DNA from: Rhizodiscina lignyota
Lineage: Eukaryota
NCBI GenBank assembly: GCA_010015805.1
Contig: ML978125.1
Location: forward strand, 2,046,001 to 2,110,000
Reading direction: 5' to 3'
DNA: 64,000 nt
Positions 1 to 12,348 of the stretch are shown in pieces. The translations under genes were made by a program, and so were the position numbers. Under the pieces are notes generated by a model that saw only the letters and a list, made by a program, of their open reading frames with translations, ran no database searches and was not told where the DNA came from. Within the stretch, counting starts at the first letter, position 1, and each line of letters starts with the position of its first letter.

Positions 1-1
1 T

Positions 2-647
2 CAGCACATAGGCGATTCAGTACCACCATCGAAGAAGTTTATCATCGATGCTTTCGCTGGCGCCGGTGGAAACGCCATAGCTTTCGCCCTCTCTGGCCGC
101 TGGGAGCGAGTCTTCGCTGTGGAAAAAGACCCTGAAGAACTCAAGTGCGCCAAACAGAATGCGAAAGTGTATGGCGTGGAGAAGAAGATATCCTTTGTCA
201 ATGGAGATTGCTTCAATATCATCAAGAACCGGTATTCGCACATGAGAGAAGAGGCTGTAATTTTTGCAAGTCCGCCATGGGGAGGTACGTACAGTTGCTC
301 AACCATAATTGAAGGACCAGATTAATTAACGTCTAGCAGGCCCCACATATCAGGCTGAGGATATCTTCGACCTCTCCAAGATGGAGCCTTACACGTTGAA
401 GAAACTCCACACCAGTTTCTCGAAGTACTTCTCCGAAATGGTCTTCTACCTTCCTCGAACTTCCGATCTGAATCAACTAGCTGCACTGGTAAAAGATGGC
501 GACCAAATCCAGGCTATCCACTACTGCATGACCGGTTTCAGTAAGGTGAGTATTCTTCAACAAAATTACCGTGTCGGACCTTTGCTTACGACATGCTAGG
601 CCCTGTGCGCTTATTACGGAGACTTCGCGGACATCCAAAAACCTTGA
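2..647 (+). CDS. TGS1: Trimethylguanosine synthase (RNA cap methyltransferase), 3' part; 5' end lies outside the window
   Basis: Frame from nt 2 reads IIDAFAGAGGNAIAFA (SAM motif I)...FASPPWGG; GT-AG introns ~286-338 and ~547-599; downstream exons YLPRTSDLNQL...HYC and ALCAYYG; stop TGA at 645-647. Confidence 0.9.
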
Positions 648-1189
648 TTATGCGGATGTCACACATAATGTGAGCAAATCACCTTACATGGATGTGTCGC
701 ATCAGAAAGCCTATCTCTTCGAACAACGCATTTTCTGGGACATGTAATGCGCTCACACATCAACTGCTGAGCCGGCCTCGGGGTATCGACGGGAAAAATA
801 GGGCGAGCATAATTGCATTTGAGAGTCAAAGGGTATCGAGTGAATTGAAGAAGAATGCAGGCACGATGGCAAGCTGTGGGGATGTGGTCTCAAAAAAGGT
901 GGTACGGTTCCGCCTTCACCTTACTATGGTCTTGCGTAGCATGGTCTGTTTAGGAGAAGCCCTTCATGCAGCGGAAATTCAGCGAAATTCGAATATTCCG
1001 CTGTCCGTTTACTCTCTTGAACCTTGATCGCAGTGATGTTCCAAAATGTGTTCTCGAACAAAGCGAAGTTCTTCCGTCTGGGTGTCAGAGCCATTTGCGT
1101 GAGATGCGCTTTTGAGCAGCGAACGCCTTATATCCAAGACAAGCCCGATAACTGCCTCCAAAAATTACAATTGCTGCCCTCTAACGCTA

Positions 1190-1923
1190 CTAGCCCTCAA
1201 TCGGCTGGATAGGTATGGCGACCTTTGGCACATGCGAATTGGAGCCTGGATCGTGGCCAGCGGCAGTCTGCATCGGCCGGATATGCTCGTCGGTGTAGTC
1301 CGCAAGGTACCAGGACGTCGTCGGGGCGAGGTGCTTGGGCATGTGGTCGTTGCCGTGAGGCACGACAGGGGTAGCGTCCGGACCCGGGTCGACGAGAGGA
1401 CCTGAGTACGGCAGTGTTGCGGTCGCCGTGGCCGCTTGCAGCGAAGTCGAAACAGACCTCGAGACGCTCGTAGTTGGAGGGTCCTGGTGTACGTAGAACG
1501 ACTGGAAGACCGGAATATTGGTCACGTGTGCGACCGCGCCACTCGTGACGGTGACGAACGTCTGTGGAATATGAACGTCACCGCTCTGCCATTGAGGAGT
1601 GGCCCAGGACGCAGATGGTTCAATAGGGTGAGCGGCGCTACTGCTACATTAGTGCCGGAGCCAAGGAGGAGTCTCTGAACGCAAGTGCAAAGTTTGGTAG
1701 AGTGCATTGAAACAATACGAAATCCGTATTGCTTCTGTCGGCGAACAGCGCCAGACAGTTGATTTTTAAAGGCTAAGCAGTCTTCCATAGCTGCTCGACC
1801 ATGGCAGGAAAGCGCGTAATATATTGAAAGAAACATCTTCAATCGGAACTACTCACGCTGGGAGAACAAGTGCTGCAAAAGCAGACGCATAGGCCGTAGC
1901 CTTGGAGATGATTCGACTTTCAT
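1190..1923 (-). pseudogene. Small secreted-type Ser/Thr/Pro-rich protein with an apparent 1-nt frameshift just after the ATG (pseudogene or sequence error)
   Basis: TATATAA-like box at ~2056-2062 and CT-rich leader on the minus strand; ATG at 1923; GTGAGT donor at 1856; CTAAT branch and CAG acceptor at 1641; exon 2 open to 1190. The signal-peptide-like frame IISKATAYASAFAALVLPA matches the acceptor phase but is one base out of frame with the ATG. Confidence 0.45.
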
Positions 1924-3620
1924 ATTGAAGTGTTTGGAGTTGACTAGCTGTTGTAGCTTGTGATGTGTGATGTGGAGTGCGTAGAATGTCTGGCTGAGCT
2001 GATCGTGTTGGAGATGAGATGGAATTTGAGAATAGAAAGAGTGAAGGTTGCTAGGCTTATATACACCTAGCCCAGATCAAAATTGATGACCGTTGAAAAT
2101 ATGGTGACCACTCCATAGCGCATTGGTTCCTGGTTCAGATTGTCGAAGCCGCAACCGTTACCATTAACCGCGGAGTCAATGAAATATCACACAGAGTATT
2201 GGTCGAAACGATCCATCTGGAATATCTCTTCGAGTACTCCGGGTTTACATCTTCGTAATCAGAGATCTGCAAGTTGGAGTTCTCCATTGAACCCATCTCA
2301 AATCCAATTCGAGAACATCAAAGAGATCCGAGCACATCCACGCTACGATATGGGAAGGCAAATTGGAAATGTTTCTTGCTCTTCATGGCTCCATTGAACA
2401 GGTGAGGTTGATCTAAATCATCGAATGGTTGGTTCGATAAGCACAATACATGTACGCTGCAAAGGAAATTCCAACAAGCGTGAGACCTTGAGAAAATAGC
2501 AGCACGCAAAGCTAAACGATGGCTTGATGAGCATGACTGGTTGTCAAGTAAACAACAAAAAAGTACATCGAAAGAGCATAAACTGGGAAACATGAAGCCG
2601 AGCGTGAAGGTGTCTGGTATGTACTGAGAACGCTCCCCGCACGTCATTGTCAAGCCGGACATGGAGTGGTAATTTGCGAGCTCTAGAGTTCCTAGCTCTC
2701 GAGGTTTGTTCACACGCACTGTCGCGAATCAACTTAACCTGCTCGAGAAGTACTTTCCTGACGCCGTTTGGAGACACCGCGCGAGAAAAGCACAGCGTGT
2801 CTGGTTCAGCGCTAGCTCATGGTACACAATTTCATGTCGTTAGATTCGAGGTCGAGCAGGTCAGCTGTCCAGCAGATTTCAACGAGGGTGCCAGGCCATG
2901 AGCCAGTTCTTGGAGGATGTTCGTGGAGGAAGTACTGCAGTGAAGTGTCTGGACCCCATTAAGATCACACCACCAAGGGAACAAGGCCCGCGGTTCCAAG
3001 GTGAAACAGAGTCTAGCTTTGCAGGAACACTTCGCACACGACGAATCGTGAGTGCTTGAAAGAAAGAAAGGACGGTGTAACGATGGGGTTTTTCACCGCT
3101 TCCAGTTATCACGATGCGTCGTCAACACGTGTTCTGGTGCTCCGCGCTCCGCGCCACGGCGCCCTAAAGCAGTCTCATATGCCAGCAGTGATAGACGGCA
3201 TTTATCTGCGATGCCATTACTCTACTTTTGTAAACAAATGAAGCTGGATTTGATAGATTTGGAGAGCGCCGAGGGAAAAGAACTTGACTACGCTCTTGAG
3301 GAGACTATCCACCCCGAAAACGAGCCTTCCGATCGTTCTCAACAGAAATCAAATACGGATAAGGAAACAGCCTGTTAGACCGCCTGGATAAAAATGGAGG
3401 AAAGGAAGACTGGCATCAAAGCCAATCGGCCTGCAACAACGTCACCTCCCGCGGGCTTTCTTCTGCAGCGTCTCACATCCCGCACCCAAGCTAACCTGAG
3501 CTCCGAAATTTCCAACAAACACCGCCGAAAATTTCTCAATTGCAAACCTTCTCTCAAATATCTTCTCCTCAGTACTTCAATTGAGCTCCTTCACACCAAT
3601 TACAATACCAAACCTTCAAA

Positions 3621-4509
3621 ATGTCTCCGGTACGTGTCTCTGTAAAGCTGCACAGCGTCCCAACCCCACCAAACAAGCTCGAACAAAAGCTCACCGAAAG
3701 CCCTGCAGATCAAGTATGTCCTCCTCGACTGCGACAACACGCTCTGCTTGTCGGAGCGTCTCGCCTTCGAGGCCTGCGCCGACCTGACCAACGAGATCAT
3801 GGAGAAGAAGGGTCTCCCTGAGCGTTACACCACCGACTCTCTCCTCGAGGACTTCGTCGGCCAGAACTTCCGTGGCATGTGTCTCGGCCTGCAGAAGAAG
3901 CACAACTTCACAATGGCCCCTGAGGAGCTCGAGAGCTACGTCGGCCAGGAGCTCGACCGTGTCACGCAGAAGCTGGCCCAGAAGTGCCAGCCCTGCCCTG
4001 GCGCGCCCGAGAAGCTCGAGTGGCTCAAGCAGCAGGGCTACCCGATGAGCGTCGTCTCCACCAGCGCCAAGTCCCGTGTGCTCGCTTCCCTGGTCAAGAC
4101 GGACCAGATGAAGTACTTCACCGATGAGCACGTCTACAGCGCCGCCACCAGCTTGAACCCTCCCTCCAGCAAGCCTGACCCGAAGATCTACCTCTACGCC
4201 TGCGAGCAGCTCGGTGTCAAGCCCGAGGAGTGCGTCACCGTCGAGGATAGCAGGAGCGGTGCTACCGCGGCCATGCGCGCTGGCATCCCTCTCATTGGCT
4301 ACGTAAGTCTTCAATTGCCTCTCAATTGAGATGTTCCGCGGACAAGCACTAACAGGCACCAGGTTGGTGTCTACGGCATCGAGGAGGGCAAGGAGAAGAT
4401 GGACCAGATGGCCAAGATCCTCACCGAGCAGTGCAAGGCCGACGTCATCATGTACGACTGGAAGGAGTTCCCCGAGTGCCTGAAGAAGATTGAGGAAAGC
4501 ATGAAGTAG
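3621..4509 (+). CDS. HAD-superfamily hydrolase/phosphatase (CbbY/YieH-like)
   Basis: MSP|intron 3630-3708|IKYVLLDCDNTL (DxD motif I), VVSTS (motif II), SSKPDPKIY (motif III), VEDSRSG (motif IV); second intron ~4303-4362; very strong C/G third-position bias. Confidence 0.9.
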
Positions 4510-4849
4510 TTGTCGACACACTAAAAGTTTGCCTTACTTGAGGCCCTGAACGACATGAGGAAGACGACATGAGGCATGAACTTTCACGAGGCATGATAGA
4601 CTTGAAAGAAGCGGATACAGCAGACACAGCGGATACAGCGTTGCGGCAGCGGTCGTTACTCTCCTTTGTACTGGAACACTGAATGGAACTGCTATCTCTT
4701 GATCATCTTGCTTCTCAACTGCTCGTTGCTATGTGTCATGCCCTGAAGACAACGAAACCACAAGTCCTGGCACTAATCCTCATGCCCGTATTCCACATTC
4801 ATGGTTCGATGAGGCAACCATCGCCAGTAAACTCATCCAAGCCGCTACC

Positions 4850-6625
4850 TTAAAGAGTGAACTTGAATCCAGGCTGCCCTTCAATCGGCTTCTTGATCGT
4901 CCCATTGTCCACCTTTCTGTTATTCGTAATGAAATAGACGGTCATGCCAGAAACCATGAGCAGGATGAAGAACTGCAAGCCTGCCGTCGTCCACAGCCCA
5001 TTCACATACTTCGGCGCATCCTGCTCTCGAAACACCGTCGACGCGATAATACCTCCGACTGCACCAAAGCCAATCTGCAAGCCACTGCCGACGGCTCGCT
5101 TAGACTGCATGCGGATATTGTTGGACTGATATGCGAGGATAGCAGGGATATTGCCCTGACAGCTGGTGGTACCAAGGAAGATGCCAAAATAGCGGACGCC
5201 GTCGTTGTGATGATAGGCAACAATCATGAGTCCGGTAAGGCAAATGAGGGCTTGTATGGCGATAACAGGGGCTCTAATCCTATACTTGTCGCCTACCCAT
5301 GCAAAGGCCATGGACGTGAAGAAGGCTGCACAAGCAGGAGGAGCGGACAAGGCGTTCGAAGCTCCGGCACTATAGCCCATACCCTATGTAGTGTGAGCGG
5401 CAGAACATCGGTGATGATGGTTTTACACACCCTGAGAATGGTAGGCGTGAAGTAAGCAAACGCATATGCTGGCATGACGGTCGACATGAACATTAAAGCA
5501 CTAAAATAAGCGTGGTTAGCGAACTACAGTTTGAGAGTGATTCGGCCACATACAATACCCAAAGCTTAAAGTCCTTGAGATTATTAAAGAATTTTGGCCA
5601 CGTCAATGGGTCGGGCTCAGCATCCCCTCGGTCGATCTCAATCCGCTCTTGAATAAATGTGGCTTCTGCAGGCGTCAAGAATTTCTTCTCCGCGGCCTTG
5701 TCTGGGAAATCCATGATGAGCCACCATGCCACAATTGAAGTGACAATCGTTAAGAGACCTTCGATGATCTAGTTGCTGTGAGAAATCGGGGTCGACACAG
5801 TCGCATTACCACGCCGGACACTCTTGGAGCACTCACGAAGATCCACTGCCATCCTCGGAGTCCCCCGAGACCTTCCATTTGCATGAGTCCATAAGCCAGA
5901 ATGTTTGCCAATCCCCCAACAAACACGGACGTCAGATAGAACGCCGCAAGGCTATGGAACGTTAGCGGAAACGTTCCGCAGTATAGGGTGAAAGTATCAT
6001 GATTACCGCTTCTGGACGTCGTATCGGACGTGCCAGCAGGTAATTAGGTAAGCACAACCTGGAAAAAACCCAGACTCAAAGAGGCCCAGGAAAGCACGGC
6101 ACACTGCAAGTGATCTCCAGTCCTTCACAAAGCCCTGGCCAAGCATTACCAGACCCCACGCAAAGGCAATTGCAGACAGCCAGTTTGCGCTCCCGACCTT
6201 GCGGAGGATAATGTTGGATGGGATCTGAGAGAGGATCAGCTTCTGGGAGTTGGTCACGAATCGAGCAACGACTGACCTCAAAGATAAAATACCCAATGAA
6301 GAATACAACAAGAGCAGTCGTATATCTGTTTCCAACAGAGAGCTCGAGGTCTTCATCCATTCCAGCGACACGGGCATTGGAGATCTGCTCAGAATTAGCT
6401 CGCTTTCAGACAATAAGGGATACGGTTGCGGACATTGGTCCTGTCGATCAAAGCAATCGAATAGAGAGCTCCCAAGATTGGCAGGAGTCTGAGGTCGACC
6501 TTTCTAATCAACTTGTGCTCCTGGTGCTTATCAAACGCTGGAACATCGCTGAGTTCGTCGGGTTGCTTCTCCGTACGCGCAGCTTCAATGTGCTGAATGG
6601 AGGGTTTCTCTACTTCGATCTTCAT
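4850..6625 (-). CDS. MFS transporter, allantoate/nicotinate (Dal5/Tna1, ACS) family
   Basis: Exons read RKVDLRLLPILGALYSIALIDRTN, EIPSNIILRKVG, RAFLGLFESGFFPG, WQWIF-IIEGLLT, AYQSNNIRMQSKRAV; several GT-AG introns. Confidence 0.9.
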
Positions 6626-8746
6626 ACTACTATTTGTGATATTTAGAATGATGTTGAGAAAAGACAAGAAATCAGTAGAGTTGAAGGAGACGCAGAAGAT
6701 GGAATCAGAGGAAGCGAGAGGGCACAATAGCTTTGATGCCTAGATCGTTTCGATCGCCTCCATGATGGCAACATTTAAATGAAATCATGATACAAACCCA
6801 TCCCAAGCCTGATGTTCGTGACCTTGTCGCGCCCAGCTTCCGCCACGGAAAGCTGAGCTGCACCCCGCAATACCAAGAAACTTCGCATACTTTTACAATG
6901 AATCGTGGGTCTATATCGGGCCTTCTGCAGCCAGAGCGATTGTTTTCTGACACCATTGGGTTGTCTTGGGTCCATGGTTGCTCTTGGGATGGGCTCGACT
7001 CAGCTCTAGGCGAGCTCTTTATCGCGTTTCAGGCCTCATATATTGCATATGGAGAGTTTTTGTTGCGAACGATTCAAGTAATCTCTGCCTTGTAAGGCCC
7101 ATCCTTAGACTCTATTGACCGAACATTGGTGTTCAAATGGCCGAAATAGCAGCATAACTATGCTCGCGGTTTGGGGCAAAGTCTGGAAATATTTGAGACC
7201 CTAGTAAGAGTTCCAGCAGTTCCCGCTCATTTGCCTGTACCGAGCTATCATTGTTGCACTGTGAATGCGGGGCGCGAAGTTGCCCGAGTACATGTATTTG
7301 CCGGTCCAGACAAACAAGCGCAAGACTGCCAAATAATGGCCCAAGGTCGTCCCGACACGCGTATAGGTATTCATTGGCGCCGAGCGTTGTGAGTGGGCAC
7401 TCCGCGCAAGACGTATGCTGGCACATCGAGGTTGGCATATTGGCACTGATATCTCCCGCAACGTCTGGGTCGAAAGACTCCGGTAGATCCAGGCATATTT
7501 CGGCAGATTCGATTTGAAGTTTCCTGTCAAGCTAGCAACTCGAGGAAACTGTGAGAGGAGAAATTTTGCCCAAAGCGGAAATTTGTTGGGGGAGATGAGA
7601 CGATGTGAAAGGCCAATGGACTACGTCAACAACAAAGAGAATTAGCAGTCCCAGCGGAATTTGGTCCACTTACCTAGTAGTAGTATCCCCGCTATGTACC
7701 AAGAATGGAATCACTTAGCATTCTAGAGCGGCATTCTACGCTGAATTCGCTCGCTCAAGAATGGGCTCGTGACGCGTCTTTCCAAGTTTCTCTACCCGCA
7801 GATCATCACATCATGTGACACCACGGTTCACACAGCATACACACAGCATATTTGAAGTGCATGTGTTCGGTGCCCGTGAGCCTCAGACTCACGAAGAGAT
7901 GTAATGTGATAGAGGCTGTTTGCTGAGCCGGATATCCAAAATCCTGAAACAGATATGCCATGCGCTTGTACGATATGTGTAGCAGAAGAGCCACAGGATC
8001 ATCAGTCTGGCCAATGCGCCCACATTATCCGGTAATCAAGGATCGCCACAGGGACGGGGCCTTGTCTCCCTTCTGTTCCATCTCTTGTCGCGGCATCTTT
8101 CCATCTGAAGCCTAATCATCACCTGCTCGTCACCTGCGCCGCAAGGTGATGCTGATGCTATCATATGTGGCTCAGTGGCTGAGCAACTGCGGAGGTGAAC
8201 GAGTGGAGTGGAGAAGGGAGGGCGGCGTGAGAGTGGGTCGATTTACAATATTGGCTGGTGAGCTTCAGCGTCCATTCAGGAGCGTCGGAGTGGTCCACAA
8301 CAGGACTCGATCCTCGTCATCACTGGCGGGAAGGTAGGATCGGGTGGGACATGCGTGAAGAGCCTTTCCTTGCTGGAGTGACGTGCCGTGCGGAGAGAGG
8401 CTCCGTGCTGCACCTCGCAAATTTCCGCGCAAACTTGACGCTTCCGGCAGCGAGTGTGGCTTGTCCAGCACCAGCTTGCGTCAATGGTGCGTGCGCGAGC
8501 AGGGATCTGAGTGGAAGCGTGGATGACGTAGCGAGCAGCGGTCGTGCCTGCCAGGGAACTTAAGGTTGCAAGACATTGGAATCACGTCTCCTGTTTTTCG
8601 CCTCTCCTCTATTTTCGCCTATAACTCTACTGCCTGCTGCCGTCAGCAAACCATCGACATCTGCGAATCAATTCGGTTGTTCGCTCAACTTTTACTTCAC
8701 CCTTTCAGTCTCGAAATCATCGTCGTCCACCGATCCACTCGCCACT

Positions 8747-9658
8747 ATGGGTCGCCTTGGGGGCACCGCTCTTAAGCTCTGCCAAACAGTCCTCTATGCC
8801 ATCGAATTCTGCGCTGCAGGAATCGTTCTCGGCATCTACTCCTGGTTCCTTTGGTGGTTGCACCACAACCATGTCGGTATCCCAACGTGGGAGAAAGCAG
8901 TCGAGGGCCTTTCGGGCGCCGCGTGTCTCTACTTGATCTTCGCCGTCGTGCTCACGTGCTGCTTGGGTGGCATTACCTTCTTCGCTTTCCTTGCCATCCT
9001 CCTGGACGTGCTCTTCTGCGGCGCATTTATCGCAATTGCGGTGATGACTAGGGATGGCGCCGACAGCTGCTCGAAGAACACCTACGTCCATACCCCGATC
9101 GGTAATGGCCGTGGAAGCACCGACATCAAAGACGCGACAGACCTTTCCTTTGCATGCCGCCTGAACAAGGTTGCCTTCGCAGTGTCTATCATTGGAGCGT
9201 AAGTCTACCAGTTTGCGCCTGAAATCTTGCAATTGCTGACCCATCATAGTGGCCTGTTCGCCGTCTCCGCTCTCATCCAACTCGCCATCGGCCGCAACCA
9301 TCAGAAGGAGAAGCGCTTCGGTCCAAGCCCAAAGAACAACTACACTTCTGGCAGCGGTACACGTTGGTTCAGTCGCCGTCGGGGCCCGAAGACCACCCGC
9401 GACGCCTATGCCAAGGACGCCGAAACTGGAATTGTTGGCGATGGTGCTACTGGCCTTACCGCTCCAGATAATACGACTATGCGCCCCTCTGCTGACACTG
9501 GTTACACTGGCTCGACGATGGGAAACAACAACCCTTACGTTCATGACAAGTACAACACGCCAGCGATGCCAACCCACGGCGGTTATCACACTGCACCTAC
9601 CGGTACTGGTGTCAATCCCTACGGCTACGACAATACCGCCAGGCCTACCAACTTCTAA
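8747..9658 (+). CDS. MARVEL-like multi-pass membrane protein with cytosolic tail
   Basis: Four hydrophobic segments (AIEFCAAGIVLGIYSWFL; AACLYLIFAVVLTCCLG; FLAILLDVLFCGAFIAIAV; VAFAVSIIGA); intron 9199-9249; tail FGPSPKNNYTSG. Confidence 0.75.
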
Positions 9659-10277
9659 TTAGCTGAAGGATGTATCAGCTAGGCATTCCAATCTTCATGC
9701 GCATTCGCATTGAAGCTCAGTGGATAATGGACGGCGTTGATGACATCATTGGTTAAGAAGACCAGGATGATGTCAGGGACGGAGATGAATTTGATTTTAA
9801 CAGCACAAGATACCACGTCTCGTTCAATTGTATGATAAGCACGAGGGACAGTGGATATACCGCATAAGGGACGGAATGGGTTGGAGAGTCTTTACCTCGC
9901 CTTTACGACTGTATGATAAAACTCCATAACGAACTAAACAATTTAAATGCACTCTTCAATATCTTATAGCGTCATTGTTAGCCCATTGCAAGCTCCATGA
10001 AACGGTATCGTTTGTGGGCCCGAATTAAAGCCCTCGAATTCAAGTCTAATGCTTGACGAGTTTTCTTTTTTGAATCGTTGCATTATCACCTCGTTCGCGT
10101 ATCCCGTCCGTGCATGTGTGAAGCGTGGTGGCGGAGTCATGCGCGATCGCGGGCCCTGACAGATGAACATGGATGCGACTCCTCGACAGACCAGAGCTGA
10201 ACAGCACTTATAATCCCGCAAGATGTCCTTTGTCAGAGGCATTCCCCAGCTGCTGCACTCGAGCTCGTTTGCCCGAG

Positions 10278-11650
10278 ATGGTCGTCACAGTCATCGACAC
10301 CCGCTCATCTCGCCGTATCGGCTTCGAGAACATCGAGTCCAGAGACACCGCCGCATTGCGGAAGCGCCTGAGCGATGGCTTCCAGGGTGAACGCATTATC
10401 GATGCGCAGAGATGCTCAAAGGAAACATGCGAGGAACTCAGCAGGCAGTACATGTTCGACATTGAGCTTCTGGAATGGGCGCAGGGTCCGTCATCGTCTG
10501 ATTCTGCAAAGGGCCAGGCTGAGGTGATGGACAAGGTGTGGCACTTCCAGAACAATGTAAACAATGTCAGGGTGTTCTTGGGCTTCGACTGCTTGAGGAT
10601 ATTGTCAGAAGAGCTTCATCCTGAATTCGGCATCTTAGGCCGAATGAAGCCACGCTTCCAACTTGCGAGTGCGAGAGCACGGAAGCCACTCCCGGTCTTT
10701 ACGCGTCGATTTTCTTGCGGAATCATCGTAGAAAAACAGATGATATCAGAAAGGCCGCGGGAGTCACATGTCTTCCGGACGTTATTCATTTGCGAATCTC
10801 CTCAGGCAGGACTTCAAGACACCATGCCTTATCTCAGATACCAACTCTGGGACATGTCCATGTCTCCACTGAGCTTCCTCGAAGACGTCGTCGGAGCGCT
10901 CGTTAGCGACATAGAGGAAGTTGTTGATCATGCATCCATGCACGTCAGTATGGTGGTAAGTCTTCTCTGACGGCAATTGGTTCCTTCATTGACTGGAATC
11001 AGGAAGATGACATGCTTGGAAATGATAATCCAGCGAGCATGCACTACGCATCACGGTTAGTTCGCGATAGACTAGCGTGGGCATCGCTTGTGACTGTCAT
11101 CAAGTCGATGCTCCAGTACACGTCTCGGCTTGCAGAGACGCTTGGTGAATTCCTATCAGATACTCCGATCTTGATGACCGAACGAGACGACCTAACGAAG
11201 CTGCTGGAGCGTGTCGAGTCCGAATTAGTAACCAGGACTGAATTCCTTATTGGGCTTGTAAGAAGTGATTAATAAATAAGACTCGGGCAAAGCTAACCAT
11301 CACAGAACACGAATGTAGCGAACCTAGAAGAAGCAAGAGCAGCTGTCGAGCAAGGAGAAAGCTTGAAACGTATATCTTGGCTGACGTTTATCTTCCTGCC
11401 ACTGATGTTCATGGCAGTAAGACCACTACTGGTAGGACACAGTATGACGGGGCTAATTCGCAATTAGAGTATCTTCGGTATGAACGTCGATTGGTTTGCA
11501 AACAACCCTGAAGCAAAGTGGTATTTTGTCGCTGCTGCTGTACAACTTGTGGTTGTCCTTGCAGTGTATGTCGGCACAAAGTATTATATGCGGAGGAAGA
11601 AACGAGAAAACTACTCCGCTGAGTACTGGAGAGGGTTAGACGAAGTTTGA
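10278..11650 (+). CDS. CorA-like Mg2+ transporter-domain protein (start uncertain, 10173 or 10278)
   Basis: Spliced C-terminus ESLKRISWLTFIFLPLMFMA|SIFGMNV..WYFVAAV carries the CorA GMN motif between two TM helices; introns ~10956-11002, ~11258-11305, ~11417-11467. Confidence 0.7.
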
Positions 11651-11828
11651 ACAAAAGCGAATCGCCAGCGCCGGAATCGACAAGTGATGAAGGGGGACCC
11701 ATTCGACAGCAACAATCGCAGAGGACCTCTTGATGAACACCATTGCATCTCGCTCTTTCCCTCCAGAAAGCCAACCTGAATTGTATTATCAAGGAGCCTT
11801 TGTCGCATCACGACCCCGCCGAAAGTGG

Positions 11829-12348
11829 CTAAGTGGTATGGTCGTCATCCGATGAGGAATCCTCTTCGGCCATGGGAGTGGCTCTTGAAGATTGCGTCAT
11901 TCTTGAATCGATCGAATGAGAGGAGTGGTCGCGCCGGTGACGAAGTCGGGCACGTTCGAGCTCTTTGACTTGCTTCTTGAGTAGATTGTTCTTCGCCCGG
12001 ATCGTTACGCGCTTGCCGTAGTCCTTTCTAAGGAGCGTGTTCTCTTCGCGAAGCTTTTCGATCACTCTGTACAGACCGAGGATCTCTTCCTGTTGCTCTT
12101 TGAGCTCGAGCTTCAGACGAGCATTCTAATAACTCCATGTCAGCGAAAGAATCTAGTGCGCTCGCAGTGAGTCTCACCTCTTCTTGCAGCTCAATTTTGC
12201 CGTGTTCTGCTTCTGTTGGGTTCAAGATCGTCGGCTTTAGCTGCTCTACTTGCTGGATCTGTTCTTGCAGCTTTCGCGAGAGCTCTTGCAGTTGCGCACG
12301 GCGCTCAAGATTACGCCCCAACAATTCCGACGCCATTGTTGACGCCAT
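11829..12348 (-). CDS. Orphan coiled-coil protein A (paralog of 13579-14745)
   Basis: Two ORF fragments joined in frame by intron 12126-12177 (GTGAGA...GCTGAC...TAG); heptad-rich E/K/Q/L sequence. Confidence 0.65.

Noticed and set aside
3691..4521. 276-aa minus-strand ORF
   Set aside because: Antisense shadow of the strongly codon-biased HAD gene; no motifs.
4551..4640. Short direct repeats (CGACATGAGG x2, GCGGATACAGC x2)
   Set aside because: Irregular 3' UTR micro-duplications, not a CRISPR array or element end.
4733..5455. 240-aa plus-strand ORF
   Set aside because: Antisense to the last MFS exons.
7133..7530. Short overlapping ORFs upstream of the MFS gene
   Set aside because: No recognisable motif, splice structure or codon bias.
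8717..9589. 290-aa minus-strand ORF
   Set aside because: Antisense shadow of the MARVEL-like gene.
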